Of a stretch of 59,149 bases of DNA, positions 44,561-52,176 are shown piece by piece. Source of the DNA: a virus. Taxonomy: Duplodnaviria > Caudoviricetes. Under the pieces are notes generated by a model that had not been told where the DNA came from, searched no databases, and worked only from the letters and a program-made list of their open reading frames with translations. The stretch covers positions 1-59,149 of the IMG/VR virus record IMGVR_UViG_3300018465_000001. One strand, given 5' to 3'. Position numbers and translations under genes: made by a program. The stretch's first letter is position 1. Each line of letters opens with the position of its first letter.

Positions 44561-44706
44561 GCCCCGAAGAGCAGCGGGCCCGCCGCGAGATCGAGAAGCT
44601 GGACCGGGCCGCTGACATCGTGATCCTGGTGACCGTCCTGGTGATCCTCGCCCTGTTCGTTCTCGCCCTCGTCTTCCTCCCCTTGCCGACCAACTTCCGC
44701 ATGTGA
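44557..44706 (+). CDS. Small membrane peptide
   Basis: IVILVTVLVILALFVLALVFL; ATGA overlap. Confidence 0.6.
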   Translation: MSPEEQRARREIEKLDRAADIVILVTVLVILALFVLALVFLPLPTNFRM

Positions 44707-44753
44707 TACCTTGTAGTCGTGGCTGGGAGGTACCCAGCTCAGGGGAGGACATC

Positions 44754-44918
44754 ATGGCCAAGGGAGACAGCGCGGGCCCGGGGCGCAACGACAAGAGCGC
44801 CGGGGGCTCGGACAGCCGGAGCACCGGCGGCGCCGGTACCGGTCCGGGTCGCACCGAGGGCGGCGCCCGGGACGGCAACCAGGGTGGCCGGGGCACCGGC
44901 TCGGGCAAGAGCAAGTGA
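44754..44918 (+). CDS. Gly/Ser-rich disordered peptide
   Basis: GGAGG RBS; MAKGDSAGPG... Confidence 0.55.
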   Translation: MAKGDSAGPGRNDKSAGGSDSRSTGGAGTGPGRTEGGARDGNQGGRGTGSGKSK

Positions 44919-45066
44919 TCGAGGGGACGGGACCCGGCCGTGGGGTGCCCTGGTGGCGCTCCGGCCGGGTCCTGATCCTCCGGTTCGATCAGGGGCTCGG
45001 CCGCCCGTTCCGCGAGGAACCAGGCCGACCCCGCGAAGGCCGTCTCATCACGAAGATCGGAAAACG

Positions 45067-45246
45067 GTGAAACCGAGAATCAGGTTCGTCCTGGCCGCCT
45101 GCTGGGGGTTGTTCTGGAGCCTGGTCTGTGCCTGGCTCAGCCATCTTCTGGACTCGGAGCACCTCTGGCCCGGGGCTTTCCTGGCCTTCCTGTCCACCAG
45201 CATCACGTTCCTGATCCTCTACCGGGACGGCAGGCCCGCCCGATGA
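45067..45246 (+). CDS. Small two-pass membrane protein
   Basis: Two hydrophobic segments. Confidence 0.5.
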   Translation: MKPRIRFVLAACWGLFWSLVCAWLSHLLDSEHLWPGAFLAFLSTSITFLILYRDGRPAR

Positions 45247-45305
45247 GGTACTGGCATTGGCGAATCGGCTGGCACCTCGGTCAGTTCCGCTGGTACCTCG
45301 GTGAG

Positions 45306-45334
45306 TTTACACTTACACGTCACGGCTGTAAAGT
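45306..45334 (+). promoter_or_regulatory. Promoter (variant of the repeated family)
   Basis: TTTACA-N17-TAAAGT with CTTACACGTCA in the spacer. Confidence 0.7.
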
Positions 45335-45409
45335 GACAAGGGCAAGCAAGCAACCCCCGCCGGGCGTCGCGCTCAGCGGTCCGATCAGTGACAGGATCAG
45401 GGGAGAACG

Positions 45410-45565
45410 ATGACCAAGAAGACCAAGATCGTGGGCTACCAGACCGGTGGTTCCGGCAACGACAAGTGGCTGTCGCCGCGCAACCCGCAGACCGGCGACG
45501 GCAGGACCACCCGGTCCATCTTCGACGCCATCAAGGTGGTGTTCCAGCCGGGCAAGAACAAGTAG
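45410..45565 (+). CDS. Small basic protein (51 aa; not in the ORF track)
   Basis: GGGGAG RBS, upstream promoter, downstream terminator. Confidence 0.65.
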   Translation: MTKKTKIVGYQTGGSGNDKWLSPRNPQTGDGRTTRSIFDAIKVVFQPGKNK

Positions 45566-45578
45566 CCCCGGGACACAG

Positions 45579-45617
45579 AAAGGCTCCGCATCCCTTTTGA
45601 GGGGAGCGGAGCCTTTT
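45579..45617. terminator. Bidirectional terminator
   Basis: AAAGGCTCCGC...GCGGAGCCTTTT. Confidence 0.7.
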
Positions 45618-45652
45618 CCGGTTCTCAGCCCGAGATCGTTGCGCTGACGATC

Positions 45653-46027
45653 TTACCGGATGTTGCCGGTAGCCGGAGAGACCGGCGCCGGGTCGTGGGA
45701 CGGGGTCACCTGGGGCCGGATGCCGAACAGCGCGAACCCGGTCAGGATGATGGTCCCCAGCGCCGTCACGGCGTTGTCGGACCAGTTCAGCCCGTACGCA
45801 CCAGCCAGTGCCGCCCCGGCCGACACGATGCCGACGAACAGGGCAGGCGCCCACGGGCGGGTAGTGGCCGCGATGACCACGGCCGACAGGAAGGTGATCA
45901 GCGCGGTGGACTGGCCCGCGTCCAGCCACTCGAACTCCAGCGTGGCGATCCACGAGAGCACGGCGCCGATGGCCGCCATCACCAGAGCGGGCTCGCGCCC
46001 GAAGATCTTGGTCTGCATCAGGGTCAC
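45653..46027 (-). CDS. Holin
   Basis: KIFGREPA, four hydrophobic segments, R.QVTP; coupled to the endolysin. Confidence 0.8.
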   Translation of the reverse strand: MTLMQTKIFGREPALVMAAIGAVLSWIATLEFEWLDAGQSTALITFLSAVVIAATTRPWAPALFVGIVSAGAALAGAYGLNWSDNAVTALGTIILTGFALFGIRPQVTPSHDPAPVSPATGNIR

Positions 46028-46773
46028 TCCCCCTGGAGTACGGCCTGGGCCGCCTTGGTCTGCACGACCACCGGGGCGGTGGCCGGGATGGCACCCTCCC
46101 TCGCGTCGTCGGCACCGACCAGGTAGCCACGAAGCGCGGAGAGGTCGATGAAGTGATTGCGGACCTCACGGTCCGGGTTGGTCGGGTCGCCGGTCTTGGT
46201 CGTCAGCAGCTCCCGGGGGATCGCGTTGATCTCCGCGATGAGCTTCGTCTCCAGGGCATCGACGCGGGCGTCGAGCTGCTGGGCGATCCACTTCTTGTCG
46301 GTCTCGGTCATTGCCACGGGAATGTCCTCCAGATGCCACGAGGCGGTGCTGGCCTCATGCTTGGTCTCATACGATGCGCTGAAGTGCGCATGCTGGGTGT
46401 GCGCGTTGTCGCCGCTGTAGGAACGCTGGCGCCAGCCGTTCGACGCCTCCCAGATCCGCCGGTTGTAGATGATGTACCGCAGCCGCTTCTCCACACCGGA
46501 CCGGCACCTCAGCACCACGTGCTGCACGACCATCTCCATGGTGAGGCCGGGCTCGCGCAGATCGGCATCGAGGTCGATCGCGTGCACCTCATGCCGCGAG
46601 TCCGCGTCCTTGATCGGAACGCGGCCTACCTCGTCGTCGTTGTGATCCGACACCGATCGTTGATGGGCCAGGTCCCCGATCGTGCCGTCCGAGGCCTTGT
46701 CCCGGTTCGGCGCGATCCGGCTGAGGTCCACCCGTAGCTGGCCCAGGCAGGGAACCAGTTCCCAGTTGGCCAT
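46024..46773 (-). CDS. Endolysin (zinc peptidase, M15-like fold)
   Basis: SDG.IGD.AH...SDHN, AIDL, YIIY.RRIW, H..H.H.S. Confidence 0.75.
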   Translation of the reverse strand: MANWELVPCLGQLRVDLSRIAPNRDKASDGTIGDLAHQRSVSDHNDDEVGRVPIKDADSRHEVHAIDLDADLREPGLTMEMVVQHVVLRCRSGVEKRLRYIIYNRRIWEASNGWRQRSYSGDNAHTQHAHFSASYETKHEASTASWHLEDIPVAMTETDKKWIAQQLDARVDALETKLIAEINAIPRELLTTKTGDPTNPDREVRNHFIDLSALRGYLVGADDAREGAIPATAPVVVQTKAAQAVLQGE

Positions 46774-46808
46774 GGTCGTCCCTCCTCTCGTCTACTTCAC
46801 AGTAACAG

Positions 46809-46997
46809 CTACCGTCCCCGGGACCTCCTGGTCCGGGCCGCTTTCCTCGCCATCCGGGATCGCTTCGCGTGCGTGTCCCCCGCATTGGCGATCCTGGCCG
46901 CCTTGCTCTTGGTCATCCCCTTGCGCCGCAGCGCCTTGTAGGCCCGCTGACGGGACTTCTTGACGTACCCCTTGCGGCCCCCGGCGTCGCTCACCAC
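46809..46997 (-). CDS. Small basic protein (Y.ALRR.GM.K.KAARIAN family)
   Basis: Motif; GGAGG RBS. Confidence 0.65.
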   Translation of the reverse strand: MVSDAGGRKGYVKKSRQRAYKALRRKGMTKSKAARIANAGDTHAKRSRMARKAARTRRSRGR

Positions 46998-47090
46998 AGC
47001 CCATCACCTCCGTCCCCATGGTCTACCCTCCCCCGGACACGAGAAAGCCCCCAGGGGCCTCTCGGCGCCCTGGGGGCCTGTCTCACCGGA

Positions 47091-47483
47091 TCAGAACTCG
47101 ATGTCCTCCACGGCACTGGCCGCGTTGTCGTATCCGGGCGTACTGGCGAAGTCCACCACGGACTGACTCGGCAGGTCGTAGTACCAGCCGGTGCAGTTGC
47201 CGTGCTGCCAGATACGCATCAGGTGGGAGCCCTGGGTGTTGTTCCAGAAGACCGTCCCGCGATCATTGAAATCGTCCGGAACGAGCGACCGGCATCCGGT
47301 GATCTGCCACGGGTACTGACGCCAGACCCGGCCCGAATACCCGGTGAACTGGAAGATGCACATCGTTCCGGGGTAGGCGGAGCAGTCGGAGGCGGCCGCC
47401 TGGGCTGGGGAGGTGGCGGCCAGCGTGCCGCCGGTCAGCCCGACCACCACGGCGGCCACGAGGGCCGCGATCCGGCGGGTCAC
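47091..47483 (-). CDS. Secreted peptidase-inhibitor I36 / beta-gamma-crystallin-like protein
   Basis: Signal peptide ending AQA; C....C.F...YSG, FND....N, DN.AS.V. Confidence 0.75.
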   Translation of the reverse strand: MTRRIAALVAAVVVGLTGGTLAATSPAQAAASDCSAYPGTMCIFQFTGYSGRVWRQYPWQITGCRSLVPDDFNDRGTVFWNNTQGSHLMRIWQHGNCTGWYYDLPSQSVVDFASTPGYDNAASAVEDIEF

Positions 47484-47878
47484 CACGGGCCGACCCACTG
47501 CATGCGGATCGAGCTGATGCGGTCGTTCCACCAGGTGTTCGTCGTGCTGAAGGAACGGATGTCGCCCCGGCCCACCGACATCGACGCACCCGAACAGTTC
47601 GAGTGCTCGTAGACGTGGAGGATGTACTCGCTCGTGGAGTTGAAGACCGTGCTGGCCTTGTCGTTGAAGCTGTCCGGAGACATGTCCCGGCAGTTGATGA
47701 TCTGGCCCGGGTACTGCCTCCACACCGTGCCGGTGAAGTTGCCGTGCTGGTGGAAGCACACAGTGTTCTCGTAGGCCGCGCAATCGCTGTAAGCGGCCTG
47801 GGCCGGGGAGGTGACGGCCAGGCCGCCGATCGCCCCCATCAGGATGGTGATGGCCACCATCAGGAACCTCTTGAACAT
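47480..47878 (-). CDS. Secreted peptidase-inhibitor I36 / beta-gamma-crystallin-like protein (paralog)
   Basis: Signal peptide ending AQA; FNDKAS.V.N, WNDRISSI. Confidence 0.8.
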   Translation of the reverse strand: MFKRFLMVAITILMGAIGGLAVTSPAQAAYSDCAAYENTVCFHQHGNFTGTVWRQYPGQIINCRDMSPDSFNDKASTVFNSTSEYILHVYEHSNCSGASMSVGRGDIRSFSTTNTWWNDRISSIRMQWVGPW

Positions 47879-47912
47879 GGTCACCCTTCTTGTTGACGGC
47901 CGGGGGCCCTCG

Positions 47913-48182
47913 TCAGTCGTCCCCCGGGAACTTCGCCACGATGGTCCCACGTAACGCCTTGACCCACTGCATCGTGATGGCCAGCGTTGGCATGGTCTGG
48001 TCGTTGCTCTCCAGTTTGGCCACGTAGTCACGCGACCTGCCCATGCGCTCGGAGAGCTGAACCTGGGTCAGGCCCAGTCTCTTACGGCGCTCGATCAGCC
48101 GGTTGCGCAAGGCCTCCCAATCGGTCAGGGTCCAGATCGGAACCTGGTGCCGGGGCCGGACGTTCGGCTCAATCGCGGTCAT
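47913..48182 (-). CDS. XRE-family HTH transcriptional regulator
   Basis: L.ERRKRLGLTQ.QL.ERMG.SR.YV.KLE....PTL. Confidence 0.85.
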   Translation of the reverse strand: MTAIEPNVRPRHQVPIWTLTDWEALRNRLIERRKRLGLTQVQLSERMGRSRDYVAKLESNDQTMPTLAITMQWVKALRGTIVAKFPGDD

Positions 48183-48292
48183 GATTCCTTCCGGCCCAGG
48201 TTGGCCAGCCACGCGGCCGCGTAGACCAGCCAGACCAGGAGAACGGTCGGGGTGGTCTTCTTGGAGCACCCATCGCGGTAGTCGTCGCTCAT
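48179..48292 (-). CDS. Small membrane peptide (37 aa)
   Basis: ATGA-coupled; VLLVWLVYAAAWL. Confidence 0.5.
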   Translation of the reverse strand: MSDDYRDGCSKKTTPTVLLVWLVYAAAWLANLGRKES

Positions 48293-48681
48293 CGCCTCTT
48301 GTCCTCCTCGGGCTCGGTGGGGATCGGGAACTCCAGCAGCCCCAGTTTCCGGGCCGCGTCGTTGATCATGTTGCGGACGTCGACGACGTCGAACGTGCGC
48401 CAGCACTCTTCACCGGCGTTCTCGTTCCTGTGGTCGTTGGCGTAGTGGTTCTCCCGGGATCCCCGGATCCAGTCGTCCAGCACGGCGCGCATGACAGCCA
48501 GCGCCTGGCGCTTGTCGGCCGCGACCTCCAAGCTCTTGGGCAAACGGGGAGTGCCGACCGTTGTCCGGCTCCCATCCATCCGCCGAACCGTCACCGGCTC
48601 CTCCGGGATGTCCCGGACCGGGAGGCGGTCGCGGATCTCCTCCAGGAGACCCTTGATCGCCTTGTACTGGCTGGTGATCAC
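48289..48681 (-). CDS. Hypothetical protein
   Basis: Downstream of promoter 48724-48752; start uncertain. Confidence 0.6.
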   Translation of the reverse strand: MITSQYKAIKGLLEEIRDRLPVRDIPEEPVTVRRMDGSRTTVGTPRLPKSLEVAADKRQALAVMRAVLDDWIRGSRENHYANDHRNENAGEECWRTFDVVDVRNMINDAARKLGLLEFPIPTEPEEDKRR

Positions 48682-48723
48682 GACGGATCCCCCGCTTCCC
48701 AATCTCTCTCGGTCATGACGACA

Positions 48724-48752
48724 ACCTTACCGCCTAGACTGCAAGGTGTCAA
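48724..48752 (-). promoter_or_regulatory. SigA/HrdB-like promoter with tandem palindromes
   Basis: TTGACA-N17-TAAGGT; palindromes at 48736-48751 (imperfect) and 48756-48771. Confidence 0.75.
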
Positions 48753-48768
48753 ACTTGACAATCGAGTG

Positions 48769-50238
48769 TCAGCGCCGGGCCGGGCTCAGGTTGGTGCTGG
48801 GCATCGTGCCCTGGGGGAGGACGAACGATCCGCCACCCGAACGGTCCGCCCAGAGCGACATGGCCACCGCGTCGCCACGGTCGGGGCTGCGTCCCAGCCT
48901 CTCCATCACCTTGTCCTTCGGCTCCACCTGGATCTTCGGCGGGACCCCGGTGGTGATCGTCCACTTCGGTGTAGTCAAGTCCGAGATCATCAGGTCGTCC
49001 GGGGGGAGCATGAGCGTCGGTTCGTAGGCAGGGTCCAGCAGCTCCCGGAGGTGGTAGTACGCCGCGCTCCGGACGTTGGTGAACCCGTACTTGCCGGACC
49101 GGTCCCGGACCACGGCCTTACCGGCGCCGACGTACGCGACCGCCTTCAGCCCCAGCTCACGTGCCCGGTCGTAGACTCCGGCGCCCACCCCGATCACGTC
49201 GATGATCGGCCGCTCGTCCAGGCCCTGGAGCATGGACACGGTGGACATCGTGTCCCGGCGCCGGTGTCCCTCCAGCCAGAGCGCCGGGCCGTCCCTGTGG
49301 GCGAGAACCGACTCGTCCCCACCACGGCCCACGTCCACGCCCACCCAGAGCGGACCGCCCTGATCCGGCCGACCCGCCTGGTCCCAGACGTGCCACCGCT
49401 CGATGGCCGCCTCCAGCCAGGACAACGGGATCACCGCGTCCTCGTCACCGGCGTGGAACTGGCCCAGCACACGGTTGTGGTAGACCGCGCTGTCCTCTCC
49501 CCACTGGCGGGCCCGCTGTTCCGCCCAGGCCCGGGAGATCCGTCCAGCCTGGATCGCCTCCTCCAGGGTCACCGAGCGGGTCCACCAGTCCTCGTATCCG
49601 GGAGCGCGCCGGTGGATGTCGTAGAACCGCCCCGACGGGGCGCCGGGGGTGCTCATGGCGAACGCGTACGCGTTGTCGGCGGTGTCGGGACCGGCGTTCG
49701 AGAACGCACCCTCGATGGAGTCCCAGGTGGCCGGAGGGACGATCTTGGCCTCGTCCAGGAGGTACAGCAGCTCCTCGGCATGCGCGCCCTCGATGCGCTC
49801 CGGCTGGTTCGACGCGACCGCCGTGGCCGCGCCGTGGTTGAGCTTGAGCCGCAGATCCAGCAGCTCGGTCCGGGGGTTGTACGGCGCCCGGCCCAGGGTT
49901 TCGAAGTCGATCCGGCCCGCCCACTTGTGGATCTCGGGCCAGAGGTAGACCTCGAGATGACGCCACGCGCTGGCGGTCGTAATGATCTTCCACTCCCGGC
50001 CCATCAGGTCCCGGGTGGTGGCGAACCAGTTGACCAGTACGGCGCCCGAGAACGACTTGCCCAGACCGTGCGGCCCCTTGACGGCCACCTTGCGCTCCCG
50101 GGGGACGGCGTCCAGGATCTCGCCCTGGTATCCGGCCAGCCGGACGTTGAGGCAGTCCCGGGCCCAGGCCACCGGGGAGTCCTTCCACCGGTCGAGCCGG
50201 GTCCGGCTCATCACCTTGGATGCCAGGTCGATCCTCAT
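48769..50238 (-). CDS. terL: Terminase large subunit
   Basis: GPHGLGKS (Walker A), LLDEA (Walker B), STP, GVDVGRGGD, LGRSPDRGDA. Confidence 0.92.
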   Translation of the reverse strand: MRIDLASKVMSRTRLDRWKDSPVAWARDCLNVRLAGYQGEILDAVPRERKVAVKGPHGLGKSFSGAVLVNWFATTRDLMGREWKIITTASAWRHLEVYLWPEIHKWAGRIDFETLGRAPYNPRTELLDLRLKLNHGAATAVASNQPERIEGAHAEELLYLLDEAKIVPPATWDSIEGAFSNAGPDTADNAYAFAMSTPGAPSGRFYDIHRRAPGYEDWWTRSVTLEEAIQAGRISRAWAEQRARQWGEDSAVYHNRVLGQFHAGDEDAVIPLSWLEAAIERWHVWDQAGRPDQGGPLWVGVDVGRGGDESVLAHRDGPALWLEGHRRRDTMSTVSMLQGLDERPIIDVIGVGAGVYDRARELGLKAVAYVGAGKAVVRDRSGKYGFTNVRSAAYYHLRELLDPAYEPTLMLPPDDLMISDLTTPKWTITTGVPPKIQVEPKDKVMERLGRSPDRGDAVAMSLWADRSGGGSFVLPQGTMPSTNLSPARR

Positions 50239-50510
50239 CGGTACGTCCTCCCCATGATCCGCGCGAACTCGGCCACGCGGGCCTTGGCCTCCTCGCGCGC
50301 CTGCTGCTGGTACCGGCGGTTGGCGCTCTTGCGCCCGGCCCGGTTCACCGGTTCGAGTGCGGGGGCAGGGGGTTGTCCCTTGGTCTCCCGCTTCACGGCG
50401 CGGCGGGCCGCGCTGTCGGCCGCCTTGACCGACCGGCCCGGCCGCCAGTGGTGGCACCCGGTGTCCGCCGGGATGAGCGTGCGGCACGCACCGCACGGCC
50501 GCATCCTCAC
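50235..50510 (-). CDS. Small basic protein with Cys/His motif
   Basis: CGAC...CHHW; coupled to both neighbours. Confidence 0.55.
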   Translation of the reverse strand: MRMRPCGACRTLIPADTGCHHWRPGRSVKAADSAARRAVKRETKGQPPAPALEPVNRAGRKSANRRYQQQAREEAKARVAEFARIMGRTYR

Positions 50511-51220
50511 GGCTTGCCGTCGGTGATCGCGGCCATGCCCTCCATGTCGATCGACCCGAGGTGCGCCTGGAGAAGCGCCGGGACCATGGCCTGCTGGTCC
50601 TCGGTGAGACCGAGAGCGTCCAGCATCACGGCGATGCGACCGGCGACGATGTCTCCCCAGCGCTCCGCCAGGGAGGTCAGCCGGTCCGAGATCCCCATGT
50701 CGTGGGCGGTCTTGGCGTACTTGACCACCCGGTCCCGCTCGGCCGCCTCCAGGACGACCAGGGCCCGGACCTCCTCGGTCTGGACGTAGGTGATGCCGTC
50801 CTTGCCACCCATCCCGTACCGGTGGCCGATCAGGCCGGAAGGGGCCGGAGCGTCGTCGTCCTGGTAGTCCCCAGCGGTGTCGCCCTCGGTCACGACCTGG
50901 CGTCGCAGCAGCTCGGCGTACATGCCCAGGCGGAGGTACGTCATCTGGAGCACGGCCAGCACGGCCGCTCCGGCGTCGATCGGGGTGCCACTGCCGTTGG
51001 GGTTGAACGCGGTGATGCGCGCTTCCCCCTGGGCCTTCTGGATCTCGGTTCGCACACCGGAGTGGTTCCGGCACTTGTCGGTCCCACGGACGGCCGCCTG
51101 GTGACACTGGCCCCGACCCTTGGTGCGCTGTTTGGTGCACTCCAGCCGGTTCCAGTGCTCGGGGCACGGCCGGGCGCCACCCGGGTTGTTCTCCGCCGTG
51201 AGCGGGACTTTGCGTGTCAT
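50507..51220 (-). CDS. Probable terminase small subunit
   Basis: C.K...G.C...AV.G...CR.H.G motif, ERDR...AK; upstream of TerL. Confidence 0.65.
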   Translation of the reverse strand: MTRKVPLTAENNPGGARPCPEHWNRLECTKQRTKGRGQCHQAAVRGTDKCRNHSGVRTEIQKAQGEARITAFNPNGSGTPIDAGAAVLAVLQMTYLRLGMYAELLRRQVVTEGDTAGDYQDDDAPAPSGLIGHRYGMGGKDGITYVQTEEVRALVVLEAAERDRVVKYAKTAHDMGISDRLTSLAERWGDIVAGRIAVMLDALGLTEDQQAMVPALLQAHLGSIDMEGMAAITDGKP

Positions 51221-51378
51221 GTCGTCATGGTATCTGGAACCAGGGGGACATCTCACACCTGGTCGTCATGCCTGGAAAGCACTCAGCCCCAGCTCTCGGA
51301 CGGGGAGGTCAAGAGCCGGGGCTGAGTGAAAGCAGTAAGGGCAACGTCCCGGGAAACCCTCACCGCTAGGCCAGACTA

Positions 51379-52059
51379 CTACCTGGCGCGTAGGTATGCA
51401 CGCTGCGAAGTGGTCAGGCTCAGCCGCATCCGGTCCACGGTGGTCGCCATCAGGTTCCGGCCCCCGGCGTGATGCAGGCCGAACGTGTGGGCCAGTTCGT
51501 GGGACAGCAGGCGCTGGCGGTAGGTCGCCGAGCGGTACGGGCTTCTGGCCACCTTGGCCGTGTCGATGGTGATCGTGGTCCCCTTGGCCCAGCCGACGGT
51601 CCGGCCGGGCAGCTTGCCGCCGCGCACCGTAATGCACCGGTACGCCTTCCCCGAGCACCGGGGGACCAGGACCATGTTGCTGGCCGTGTAGCGGTCCAGC
51701 CACTCGGCCGCCGCGCCCACCCTCCACGCGGCCGGGGCCAGCCGGTCCACCACCTCGATCCGGCGCTGAGCGGCCGGGGTGACCTTGGGGGTCGGCGGGG
51801 TGGTCCAGTCGTAGACCAGTGGCGCCGGGGTCATCACGGGCGCGGCCGGAGCCGGGGTGCCGCACGAGCCCAGCGCGAGCGCGGTCACGCCCAGCGCGGC
51901 CAGGACGGTCTTCCACCCCGTGCGCTGGCGGGGCGCCCGGTGGCGGCCGCTCCGGAGACTGACCGAGATCCGGGTTCGTCCCGGTACCGCCCGGTGGCTA
52001 CGGATCCGCCTGGTGAGAACCTGTGTGTCCTCGTTGCTCCCCGTCTGAATGTTGCTCAC
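51379..52059 (-). CDS. Metzincin (matrixin-like) metalloprotease, predicted lipoprotein
   Basis: HELAHTFGLHH plus NLM Met-turn; hydrophobic stretch ending LGSC; promoter TTGCCA-N18-TAAGGT at 52098-52127. Confidence 0.75.
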   Translation of the reverse strand: MSNIQTGSNEDTQVLTRRIRSHRAVPGRTRISVSLRSGRHRAPRQRTGWKTVLAALGVTALALGSCGTPAPAAPVMTPAPLVYDWTTPPTPKVTPAAQRRIEVVDRLAPAAWRVGAAAEWLDRYTASNMVLVPRCSGKAYRCITVRGGKLPGRTVGWAKGTTITIDTAKVARSPYRSATYRQRLLSHELAHTFGLHHAGGRNLMATTVDRMRLSLTTSQRAYLRAR

Positions 52060-52126
52060 AGCATGTCCCTTCTGGGTCAATCGGTTGGTTGAGCGGAACC
52101 TTACAGTACTGACGTCCAAGTTGGCA

Positions 52127-52160
52127 AGAGGCCCGGAAGGAGTTACCTCTCCGGGCCTCT
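52127..52160. terminator. Hairpin after the polymerase gene
   Basis: AGAGGCCCGGA...TCCGGGCCTCT. Confidence 0.6.
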
Positions 52161-52176
52161 GCCTGACACTTACGTG

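Noticed and set aside
44919-45066. Run of hairpins containing GGTTCGA, possible tRNA or ncRNA
   Set aside because: Could not fold a cloverleaf; GC-rich hairpins are expected by chance
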